Positions 1 through 12,444 of a DNA stretch of 64,000 nucleotides are shown here, in pieces. The position numbers and the translations under genes were made by a program. The notes under the pieces are model-generated. The model was not told where the DNA came from, ran no database searches, and was given only the letters and a program-made list of their open reading frames with translations. Each line of letters begins with the position of its first letter. Position 1 is the first letter of the stretch. Where the stretch lies: the NCBI RefSeq assembly GCF_006345805.1, contig NC_043003.1:14632001-14696000 (forward strand). The letters are read 5' to 3'. The DNA is from Octopus sinensis. Lineage: Eukaryota.

Positions 1-1073
1 ACTAATATAGGTGTGCATACAAAAACACATACACACATACACACATACACACAAAAGCATTTATACGCACATACACAATGAGAAACATATGCACACACGC
101 ACATAGACATAAACACACAAACACTTATACACACAAAAAACATGCACATACACAAACATGGGCATACATACACACACATGCACACACATACACATACAGG
201 TACATACACACATACATATACACAAACAGATACAAACATATACACACACACACACAGAGATATATCCACACACACACTTGCATGCAAAATCTCATACACA
301 CACATTTACACAAACATATACACACATACACACACATACACACACAATTACACACATGCACAGAAATCTCATGCACACAAAATACACACATACGCAAACA
401 TGTACATACATATACATATATACACACTCCAACACATGCACACATACACACAAAAAACTCATACAGACAAACACATATATGTAAACACGTACACACACAC
501 ACATATATATATATATATACACATACATACATGAATACATACAGACACATATACATACACACAAAAGCTCATATACATCTACATACATATATACACACAA
601 AACACATATCAAATGCATACACACAAAAACATGCACACACATGCATACGCACACACACACAAAAGCCACCCATACACATACAGCCACACACACACAATTA
701 CATACACACAAAAACACACACACAAAAAACCACCCATACACATACAGCCATATACACACAAAACGCGCACACACATGCATACATGCACACACACAAAAAC
801 ACACACACATACACATACAACCACACACAATTACATGCATACATGATGTATACATACAGATATACACAAGCACCCTCACTCACTCACAAGTTTCTCTCTA
901 TCTTCTCTCCTCCTCCTCCTCCTCCTCCTCCTCCTCCTACTACTACTACTACTACTACTACTATTACTACTACTACTACTACTACTACTACTATTACTAC
1001 TACTACTACTACTACTACTACTATTACTACTACAACTACAACTACAACTACTACTACTACTACTACTACTACA

Positions 1074-1105
<32 letters not shown>

Positions 1106-1436
1106 TACAACTAATACTACTACTACTACTACTACTACAACTACTACTACTATTACTACTACTACTACTACTACTACTATTACTACTACTACTACTACTT
1201 ACTATACTACTACTACTACAACAACTACTACTACATTACTACTACTTACTACTACTACTACTACTACTACTACTTACTACTACTACTATACTACTACTAC
1301 TTACTACTATACATATACTACTACTACTACTACTACTACTACAACTACTACAACTACTACTACTACTACTACTACAAACTACTACTACTATTACTACTAC
1401 TACTACTACTATCTACTACTACTACTACTACTACTC
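1..1436. repeat. Degenerate (CA/CATA)n tract followed by (CCT)n and (ACT)n microsatellites
   Basis: Read directly; the long His/Thr/Tyr ORFs here are repeat read-throughs. Confidence 0.95.
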
Positions 1437-1797
1437 CCATTCTTTCCCCCACCCCATGGACTTTTTTTTTCCTTTTCTGTGGAATTTATTCAACCAGTTC
1501 TCACTCTATTCTGCCAGTTGTCACTTAGCTCTCTGCCAATCTCTCTCTCTCTCTCTCTCCTCTCTCTATCAGTCTCTATCTGTCTCCCTCTCTCCATTTC
1601 GCTTATCAGTCTCTTTGTTGCATATGCACTTTCTCTCCCCCTCTCTCTCTCATTCTCTCTCTCTCTCACACATGCTCACACATGTTTGCACACAGTGTCT
1701 GTCTGTTGGTCTGTCTGTCTTTCACTCACAGCTTTCAATTTGTCTATATACTTAGCTATTTTTTATCATTCCTCTACCTGCCTTTTTCTTTCTCTCT

Positions 1798-1847
<50 letters not shown>

Positions 1848-1965
1848 TATACATATATACATACAAAATTAAGGGAATGACTACTAAAGTGGACACCCTT
1901 ATGCTAAACATAGACGTCAAATCGTTATTATCATGAAGAATGTGTTCTCAGAGAGAACACATTTT

Positions 1966-2185
1966 CACTCTTTACTTGTTTTCTGTCATGTGACTGCGGC
2001 CATGCTGGAGCACCGCCTTTAATCGAGCAACTCGACCCCGGGACTTATCTTTTTGTAAGCCCAAGTACTTATTCTATCAGTCTTCTTTTGCCAAACTGCT
2101 AAGTTACGGGGACATAAACACACCAGCATCGGGTTGTCAAGCAATGCTAGGGGGACAAACACAGACACACAAAACACACACACGC

Positions 2186-2217
<32 letters not shown>

Positions 2218-2385
2218 TACGACGGCTTCTTTTCAGTTTCCGTCTACCAAATTCACTCACAAGGCTTTGGTCGGACTGAGGCTATAGTAGAAGACACTTG
2301 CCCAAGGTGCCACGCAGTGGGACTGAACCCAGAACCATGTGGTTGGTAAACAAGCTACTTACCACACAGCCACTCCTGCGCCTAT
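1966..2385 (-). mobile_element. tRNA-derived SINE family A, full length, with internal (CA)/(TA) microsatellite
   Basis: Reverse complement reads ggcgcaggagtggctgtgtggtaag...ggttcagtcccactgcgtggcaccttgggcaagtgtcttc...gctccagcatggccgcagtca; box A/box B-like head; about 20 copies or fragments in the window. Confidence 0.9.
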
Positions 2386-2499
2386 GTATGTAATACAATT
2401 TTGAATCTTTGGATTTTTTAAATATGCTAAGCCACTGGTTTTAATTGATTAATATCAATTTCTACCCTTATTATTTAATTTCATATATATATATACCAC

Positions 2500-2890
2500 T
2501 AGGTGCAGGCATGGTTGTGTGGTAAGAAACTTGCTTCCCAAGCACATAGTTCTGAGTTCAGTCCCACAGCATAGTACCTTGGGCAAGTGGCTCTACTGTA
2601 GCCTCAGGCCAACCAAAGCCTTGTGAATGGATTTGGTAGACAGAAACTGAAAGAAGCCTGTTGTATGTGTGTGTGTGTGCATGTGCCTTTGTGTCTGTGT
2701 ATCTTCCCCGAAAACTGCTTGACAATCAGTGTTGGTTTCTTTATGTCCCTGTAACTTAGCAGTTCAGCAAAAGAGACGAATAAAATAAGTACAAGGCTTA
2801 AAAGCTAAGTCCTGGGGTCGATTTGTTTGGCTGAAACCCTACAAGGCAATGCTCCAGCATGGCTGCAGTCAAATAACTCTTAAACAGATG
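2500..2890 (+). mobile_element. SINE family A, diverged full-length copy
   Basis: Same head, core and tail as 1966-2385, opposite orientation. Confidence 0.85.
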
Positions 2891-2931
2891 ATATGAAGAT
2901 AATATATAAAAAAGTATATATTTATATATAT

Positions 2932-2963
<32 letters not shown>

Positions 2964-3087
2964 CTGTTTCTGTTATTTTTATCAGTCGTTGGTGTGTTAT
3001 ACAGTGTGTGTGTGTTGTATATATATACTATATATATATATATTATATATATATATATATGTATGTATATATGTGTGTCGCAACATC

Positions 3088-3133
<46 letters not shown>

Positions 3134-3219
3134 ATTATATATATTATAATGTATATATGTGTCGCAAAATCTTTATAATATATATATATAATAATACGTA
3201 TGTATATATGTGTCGCAAC

Positions 3220-3261
<42 letters not shown>

Positions 3262-3655
3262 AACACATACATACTTGGACAGAATCTTACAGCTAGATGC
3301 CTTTCAATTATGAGATGGATACACTTATTTGAGTGGGTGTATTCATATGTGTATACTATATATCTGTATATATACATACATAAATACACACACACACACA
3401 CACATATCATCATCATCATCATCATCATCAGCATCACCACCACTTCCACCACCACCATCATCATCATCATCATCATCATCATCACCATCGACATCACCAT
3501 CCTTCAATGCCCACTGTTCCATGCTTGCATAAAACAGATGGAATTTGTTGAAGCACATTTTCTACAGTTGGATCCCCTTCCTGTCACCAATCCTTGTCTG
3601 ACTCCAAACAAAGTAATATTTCCCATGGCCAGGCATGGTTTCCATGCAAGACTGG

Positions 3656-3752
<97 letters not shown>

Positions 3753-4002
3753 ATCTATCTCTATCTATCTATCTATCTATCTCTATATCTAAATATCTAC
3801 CTGTCTATCTACCATCTATATAGCTACCTCTATACATACATATATATATATGCATACATGTACTTCTCCATATGTATGTACACACACATGCACACACACA
3901 CGGATAGATAGACAAATAGATAAATATCTATATCTATATATATATTATATTATAGAGAGAGAGATAGATAGATAGGTAGATAAACAGACAGATTATATAT
4001 AT

Positions 4003-4051
<49 letters not shown>

Positions 4052-4065
4052 CTATATATATATAG

Positions 4066-4103
<38 letters not shown>

Positions 4104-4330
4104 GTATATGTATATATATATATACATATTATATATATATTATATAATATATATATAGAGAGAGAGAGAGAGAGATAGATAGATAGATAAACAGATTATA
4201 TATATAGATGGATAGATAGATAGGTATAGATAGATAGGGAGATAATAAGTAGATATGTTTATGTATGCATGTAAGCTTTTAAGTATATATATATATGTGT
4301 GTGTACATATTATATATATATATATATATA

Positions 4331-4377
<47 letters not shown>

Positions 4378-4622
4378 CATCTACACACACACACACACAT
4401 ATATATATATATGTATATATGCATATATATGTATGTCAATCTTTATCCTCATCTTCTTTGAATTGATAGTTTTCTACAGCCAAATAATTTGAATTATGGC
4501 TGCATTCTAATACTTTTGACAAGGTATTTGTTATCTGTATTCAGCTCACCAATCTTGCTATTCCCTCTCAAAAGAACAGCATTCATCTCCAGGCAGGTAT
4601 TGACAATTTCAACGTGTGCTAC

Positions 4623-4658
<36 letters not shown>

Positions 4659-4750
4659 CAAGCACTCACGTGGATACACTGACACACAAATGTGTGTGTG
4701 AATATATATGTGTATACATACATACATACATACATATATATATATATATT

Positions 4751-4795
<45 letters not shown>

Positions 4796-4994
4796 TGGTG
4801 AGTGTGTGTATGCGTCTCTGCAAGCTTTTATTTCTCTGCATATGTATGCGCACATGTATGTGTGTTTGTTTGTGGTTGCACGGAATATATGTCTATAAAT
4901 AAAACACGTGCTGCACACATACATTTACATATGTTCACATGCATGTTAGTATTATGAATCTTGTGTTTGTATATATATATATATCTGTATGTAT

Positions 4995-5083
<89 letters not shown>

Positions 5084-5350
5084 CAACTCTGTATGATTGT
5101 GTGAATGTGTGCATGTTCATATGTATGTAGTCAGCTGGATCTATATATATATATGTGTATGTGTGTGTGTGTGTGTGTGTGTGTCTGTGTGTCTGTGTGT
5201 GCATGTATGTAAGTATATTGGGATGTATTTATGCAGTTGTGCATATGTATATATCCATATATATATATACATATATAATTAATTTTTATATAGGTATATA
5301 TATATGTAAATATATATGTGTATATATATATGTGTGTGTGTATGTATATA

Positions 5351-5385
<35 letters not shown>

Positions 5386-5416
5386 GCATATATATATGTA
5401 TATGCATATATATATA

Positions 5417-5454
<38 letters not shown>

Positions 5455-5538
5455 GCATATATACATTGATATGTCTATGTATACAAAAATATGTATATGT
5501 GTGCATGTGTGTATTTCTGTGCTAGTGCATATATATCA

Positions 5539-5577
<39 letters not shown>

Positions 5578-5775
5578 GTTTTGCTCTCTATTCTCTTGTA
5601 TTGGTTTTCAATGGAGTAACTGTGTCCTTTTGTTCACTATGAAATTGGTTAAAAAAATCTCTCTCTATAATTGAACATTTATTTTATATCTGAATAGTTT
5701 TTTTTTCTCTCCTTCTTTCTATTTTTTTTTTCGTTCATTATTTCTTCCTCGCTTTCTCCCATCTAATCTATCTGC

Positions 5776-5806
<31 letters not shown>

Positions 5807-5854
5807 AATATCTATCATCTTTCTTTCCTTCATACTTGTTTCTATATGAAATTT

Positions 5855-6040
5855 TCTTCTTCTTCTTCTTCTTCTTCTTCTTCTTCTTCTTCTTCTCTTT
5901 TTCTTCTTTTCTTCTTCTTCTTTCTTCTTCTCTTCTTTTTCTTCTTCTCTTCTTTTTCTTCTTCTCTTCTTCTTCTTTTTCTTCTTCTTCTTCTTTCTTC
6001 CTTCTTTCTTCTTCTTCTTCTTCTTCTCCTCCTCCTCCTG
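5855..6040. repeat. (CTT)n polypyrimidine microsatellite
   Basis: Read directly. Confidence 0.95.
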
Positions 6041-6105
6041 CTCCTCCCTCCCCATTCCCTCCCTCTTTGCATTTACACACACACACATTTGTCTATCTAT
6101 CTATG

Positions 6106-6160
<55 letters not shown>

Positions 6161-6257
6161 TTATCTTATATTTATCTATATATATATATATATCTATCTA
6201 TCTATCTTTCTATGCACATATATATGCATGCATTTATTGAGTGTATACACACACACT

Positions 6258-6290
<33 letters not shown>

Positions 6291-6421
6291 ATAATGTAAT
6301 TATTTATTTATTTGTTTGTTTTTAATTTTGAAAAAAATCTTCCGGGAAGAAATTTAGTTTCTGAAAGAAGTTCCGTGCTATATCAAGTATTGACACACTG
6401 TCCACTATAAATGCCCATGCC

Positions 6422-6453
<32 letters not shown>

Positions 6454-6855
6454 CATCAATATTGTTTTAACAATATGATCACCAGCTCCCACCATCACTA
6501 GTATGACGTTGTCATTGCAAAACACCATGATTCTGGGCCAACAATGGTGCCATTGCCTTGTCTTGTAATTGACCCACTAGAAATAGTAGCCAAATCTCCC
6601 TAAAACATTGTGACCTGTTGTGTTATAAACAGAAAGGAAGTGTTCATAGACGCACGTGTGTCAGTGTTGTTAAGGAGCTTGCTTAACGACCGCATGGACT
6701 TGGTTTCAGTCCCACTGCGGGGCACATTGGACAAATGTCTTCTGCTATAGCTCTTGGGCTGACCAATGTGTTGTGAGCGAATTTGTTAGCCAGAAAGTGT
6801 GTGGAATTGCATAATATATATATATATATGTGTGTGTGTATATATGTATGTATAT

Positions 6856-7150
6856 GGAGGCGCAATGGCTCAGTGGTTAGGGCAGCGGACTCGCGGTTTC
6901 GATTCCCAGACCGGGCATTGTGAGTGTTTATTGAGTGAAAACACCCAAAGCTCCACGAGGCTCCAGCAGGGGGTGGTGGCGATCCCTGCGGCACTCTTTC
7001 GCCACAACTTTCTCTCACTCTTTCTTCTGTTGGCCTGCTCGCTTGGCCAGCGGGGTGGCATCATTTGAAGGCTAAGACAATGTGAAACGCATTGTGACCA
7101 GCGATGTGTAGCAACATCTGATGGCCTGGTCGGTCACGTGATCATGTGAT
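6856..7150 (+). mobile_element. tRNA(Arg)-like SINE family C
   Basis: ggaggcgcaatggctcagtggttagggcagcggactcgcgg...ggtttcgattccc head; second copy at 61829. Confidence 0.8.
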
Positions 7151-7159
7151 ATATATATA

Positions 7160-7547
7160 CGTATATATTCTTAATTTGTAAATTAACAATGCAACCAATG
7201 GTTTCATGTGAAAGAGTTTTTCACGAAAATTAGAAATAGTGAATTTCTAAATGTCTTAGAGAGACATGAACGGTGGTGGAGCGATATAGTGGTCGTATAC
7301 TGTCAACTCAATGTGACAGTCCCATAAGGGAATTACACCACTGCCATTTAGCCCTAGGAAACATTAACGTTTCCTGTCGGCTTGGACACATTTTCTGTGT
7401 CCTTATATTTTCAAGTTAAAGGAAAGATGGAGACGCATTGTGCAACAAAATGGGTCATATTTGGTTGATTAAAAATGTAATGGCAAGTATTTATTGATCT
7501 TTTTCTTTCCTTTAAGAATTGGAATGAACTTTCCGGACAACCCAATA
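7160..7547. mobile_element. mariner-derived non-autonomous remnant
   Basis: Ends in a mariner-type TIR (gaactttccggacaacccaata) plus TA. Confidence 0.45.
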
Positions 7548-7549
7548 TA

Positions 7550-7712
7550 TACGACATGCCTCTTTCAGTTTCCGTCTATGAAATCGACTCACAAGTCTTT
7601 GGTCAGCCCGAGGCTACAGTAGAAGACACTTGCCCAAGGTTCCATGCAGTGGGACTGAACCCGGAACCATGTAGTTGGTAAGTAAGCTACTTACCACACA
7701 GCCACTCCTGCA
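7550..7712 (-). mobile_element. SINE family A, 5' half
   Basis: Matches family A head and core. Confidence 0.85.
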
Positions 7713-7769
7713 CGTATAGATTAGCATTTGTCCTAATCCATGGCTCAATTCTGGCGCTCATGGTGAATC

Positions 7770-7993
7770 ATCAACTAAGAGGGGGCGAAAGGTTCAGTGA
7801 AGGAATTCTTTGCTGCAAAGGACAAGAACTGGTATCAGAATGGAATCAAAGAACTGGCAGAAAGAAAATGATCGTTTGAGACAGTGCAACACGATGGCCT
7901 CTTCTTTGAATGCCAGGCTGCATTTGTTTGGAACTTGACAAATTAATCAAATATGTTACCAAAATATAGCAAAAACTTTGAACTCAACGTAAT
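7770..7993 (+). mobile_element. mariner transposase C-terminal remnant plus right TIR
   Basis: Translates EFFAAKDKNWYQNGIKELAER...TVQHDGLFFE, typical mariner C-terminus, followed by TIR-like caaaaactttgaactcaacgtaata. Confidence 0.65.
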
Positions 7994-8768
7994 ATTTTGA
8001 ACACAGAATATAAACAACCAGCACTTTATCTACAACCTTGATGACTGAGGTTTAGCCAAAAAAAAAAAAAAACCCTCCAAAAAACAAACAGTCTTTATGG
8101 ATTTTCTATGTTAAAACTCTGCGTCCATAGCAACAAGGCTTTTGTTGGTCTTTTCCTTTTCCTTTATTTCTTTTCCGCCATTCAAAACATCTAACTCATG
8201 TTAAAAGACATTGTACATTTTTCTTCGGATTGTGTTAGTATACATACCAATGCATTATTTTTGTTTATTAAGTTATTTCCTTATTACGTAGCTTACCAAT
8301 GTCATTCACACGAGCAATTTTCACATGTAATTTTACACATGCCAGTTTTTATTTACGTTGCACTAAAACTGTGAATAACGACACAGCATGTCACATATAC
8401 AAACAGGGAATTGAGACAAACAGAGCGGTGACAGCCATAGTTTCTTATATAATAAACAAACAGACGGAGCTTTTTAAAAGGTGGAAGAACAATGTTTTCC
8501 TTAACTGATTTTTTTTTTTTGCTGTGTGTGTGTGCATCCATAGAAATTTGCTTTGAATGCAAATTTTGCCTTTCTTTGCAAAAAAATATGTCTGCATACA
8601 CTTAACGACAAAGGCTTGGTCGTGTGGTTAGGAAGCTTGCTTTGTTTGCAGCTGCACGGTTCTGGGTTCAATCCCACTCCGTGTTATTTTCTTGACAATT
8701 GTCTTCTGACCAATACCCTGTGAGTGGATTTGGTAGATGCAAACTGTGTAGCTGCTTGTCATACAAAT

Positions 8769-8799
<31 letters not shown>

Positions 8800-9804
8800 C
8801 CATCATCACCATCATCACCATCATCATCATCACCGTCATCATCATCACTGTCATCATCATCATCATCATCATCGTCGTCGTCATCATCATCATCATCACC
8901 ATCACCATCATCATCACTGTCATCATCATCACCGTCATCATCATTACTGTCATCATCATCATCATCATCATCATGTTTTCTTATTATCCTCATCATTGTC
9001 ATCATGTTTTCTTATAGACTAATGTCCTGGTTTTTAAATACATCTAATGGCCTGTACTGAGCCTGAAAGATTACTTGGAGATAAATTGCATGTTATATAA
9101 ATCTGCTAATTTATTGTATCTCAAAAGCATGAAACTATTAGAAGCTTTTTTGAAAATTGTGTATATTAAATGATATTTATCTGTTCCTGGAAGGAATACT
9201 TTTTTGCCTGTAGCTTTTCTGTTTTCTAGATAGGGGTGTTGGCCCTATGCAAACCCATTTTTACCTACTAGTTTGGTTTCTATCCTTTGACCTGTTCAGC
9301 CAGTGGCATAGCCAATAGAGGAGCAAGGGGTGCAACCATTCTCGCCAGTGCACATTTTTCAAAACTGGTGTTTTTTAACAAGCTTTCTGACTCTTTAGTT
9401 CACTTTATGTGATAAAAATTGAATCTTGTTTTGTGTCTGTTAATTGCATGGTCTTAGATGACCTTTCTGGAGTCATTACTTTATTTCACCAGGCTCCCAT
9501 GTTTTTGAACTGTCTGCTCAATCCCCTCTGATGGTGGCCCCTGACATCAGAAGAACCAAAACAAACCCTGATGTCATGATCTCTTGACACTGGACGATCT
9601 TGTGGAGTTTCATTCTTTTCCTTTCACACTAGGAGCTGACTGAGAATTTTAAGGGCCCTCAGGCATAACTGTTTATTTACCAGGCCCCTTAGCATTGATA
9701 TCAGTAGAGTTAACATATAGGGTGGGGGTCCCTCAGAGCTCCGGGACCTTGAGCAGTGTCTGATTGACCAACGGCTCAGACTGTCCCTGCATCACAAATA
9801 CCTT

Positions 9805-10195
9805 TCTTTTATCTTTCTGTTACTTGTTTTAGACATTTGATTGCAGCCATGCTGGAGCACCGCCTTTAGTCAAGCAAATCTACCCCAGAACTTATTCTTT
9901 GTAAGTCTAGTATTTATTCTATTGGTTTCTTTTTGCCAAACTGCTAAGTTACAAGGACATAAACACACCAGCATCAGTTGTCAAACAATGTTGAGGGGAC
10001 AAACACAGACACACAAATACATACATATATTATATATATGATGGGCTTCTTTCAGTTTCCTTCTACCAAATCCACTCACAAGGCTTCGGTTGGCTGAGGC
10101 TATAGTAGAAGACACTTTACCAAGGTGCCATGCAGTGGGACTGAACCCAGAACCATGTGGCTGGTAAGCAAGCTACTTACCACACAGCCACTCTC
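9805..10195 (-). mobile_element. SINE family A, full length
   Basis: Matches other family A copies. Confidence 0.9.
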
Positions 10196-10354
10196 CCTTG
10201 TGAGAGGGTGACACACGATGGTCACGGGACCATCTGAAAAGCCACATTCAATTGTTGTAAGTTTTATACATAATAACTATGTTTCTTAAACATAGAATTA
10301 ATAAATGTAGAATACAATTACATTTAATAATGTAAATGAAATATTTCCTGTAAT

Positions 10355-10517
10355 AGGTACAGGAGTGGCTGTGTTGTAAGTAGCTTGCTTACCAACAACA
10401 TGGTTGTGGGTTCAGTCCCACTGCATGGCACCTTGGGCAAGTGTCTTCTACTATAGCCTCAGGCCAACGAAAGCCTTGTGAGTGGATTTGATAGAAGGAA
10501 ACTAAAAGAAGCCTGAT

Positions 10518-10558
<41 letters not shown>

Positions 10559-10770
10559 TATGTCTGTGTGTCTGTGTTTGTCCCCCACCAACACCACACG
10601 ACAACCGATGTTGGTGAGTTTACATCCCAGTAACTTAGTGGTTCGGCAAAGGAGATCCGATAGAATAAGTACTAGGCTTACAAAGAATAAGTCCTGGGGG
10701 GCGACTTGCTCGACTAAAGGCAGTGCTCCAGCATGGCTGCAGTCAAATGACTGAAACAAATAAAAGACCG
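10355..10770 (+). mobile_element. SINE family A, full length
   Basis: Matches other family A copies. Confidence 0.9.
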
Positions 10771-11250
10771 AAAGGAGTAAATATATGAAAAATGAATTAA
10801 AAATTGTTTGGTATGTGTTATGACTTTTTTTTTTAGTTGCTTGCTCTCCATAACTTAAAAACCTGGCTATCCCTCTGTGTTCAGCCCTCCCAGCAAGGCC
10901 CTACTATGAGCTTGCTAGTATAGCTCTCTGACCCAGTAAGGCACTCAAACAAGCACGTTACAATGAGCACTGGGCCTTGTGACTGATTTGCAATAAGTGT
11001 TATAGAGTTAATGTCAGTCATGTCATGCACCACAAACAAAAGAGTTAAGTTTCAGTACAAAATAGATATTAGAGTTAGATGATGGCTAGTTTATTTGGCC
11101 TATATATACACACACACACGTGTGTGTGTGTGTGTGTATATATATATTTATATATATATGTATTTGTTCCCCTTGCTATTTGCGTATTGAACTCATTTGC
11201 TTTTATATTTCATGTTGTTTACTGTTGGTGATGTCCAGTACCCATATATA

Positions 11251-11284
<34 letters not shown>

Positions 11285-11287
11285 CAC

Positions 11288-11705
11288 TACAGGCTTCTTT
11301 CAGTTTCCATCTACCAAATCCACTCACAAGGCTTTGGTCTGCCCTAGACAATAGTAGAAGACACTTGCCCAAGGTGCCATGCAGCAGGACTGAACCAAGA
11401 ACCATGTGTTTGGGAAGCAAGCTTCTTACCACACAGCCACTCCTTAAATGATGATGATGATGATAAGGATGATGATGTATATATGTATATATAATCATCA
11501 TCATTTAGCATTCATTTTCCATGCTGGCATGGGTTGGACATATACAAAGGCCTTCTTTCAGTTTCTGTCTACCAAATCCCACACACAAGGTTTCGGCTGG
11601 CCAGAAGCTATAGAAGACATTTGCCCAAGGTGCCCACGCAGCGTAACTGAACCCAGAACCATGTGGTTGGAAAACAAACATCTTACCACAGAGCCATGCC
11701 AGCAC
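11288..11705 (-). mobile_element. Two SINE family A 5' halves separated by a short RTE-type 3' tail
   Basis: Family A matches at 11288-11443 and 11545-11705; catcatttagcattcattttccatgctggcatgggttggac between them. Confidence 0.8.
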
Positions 11706-12444
11706 CTGTATGTTAAAAATTACAAAACCCCCTCCAAAAAAAAAATGGGGATGATTCAAAGCAAAATTTTCGTTGCTATTTAAGTAGAGCAAGCAACTGC
11801 CTCTGGTAAAAATCACGGCACCGAACACTTAAATCTATTGCTAAATAAATTTTAAATAATAAAACTCTAAACGAAGCTACAGTTGCAAAACTTTTGACTG
11901 TGTTTAATACCTGCTTTTGTACCACCACAAAAAAACAACAACACTAAAACACACACACACACACACACATGATACACACATGCTCATACTCTAAAAAGCA
12001 TGCAAAATCTGAAATATTCATTGCTAATGCACACCAGACTTGCTAAATAAATACTGTCACGTTTATCAATTTATGCATTTGACAATTCTTTGGTTGCATG
12101 CATGTAAAGCTGTCTTTGATAATTCTTTATGCTCAAGAGAAAAAAAAATGTAATTTCTCTTTTATTTTCAATTCTCTGCTGCAAATTCTTTGTTGCTGTT
12201 TTTTCTTTCTTATAAATATTGTTGCTTTAATTCTTATTTTCGTTTTGTTTTCTTTTAATGTGTTTTTCGAAGTTTTTTTATTTTTATATCTTACCTCAGT
12301 CTCACGTCTTTCTCTCTGTTGCTCTGTCTTTCTTTCTATCCATCTGTCTCTCTGTCTATCTATCTACCTACCTACCTACCTACCTACCTAACTAACCTAC
12401 CTACCTACCTACCTACCTACCTACCACCTATCTATCTATCTATC

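Noticed and set aside
78-1841. 587-aa ORF and similar long ORFs (30568-32007, 33508-34572, 34962-35801, 47706-48378)
   Set aside because: Translations of microsatellites that lack stop codons; open in several frames on both strands; no domain content
1939-1963. 11-bp perfect hairpin aatgtgttctc/gagaacacatt as a miRNA or terminator
   Set aside because: Too short for a pre-miRNA; lies at a SINE junction and is probably a local rearrangement
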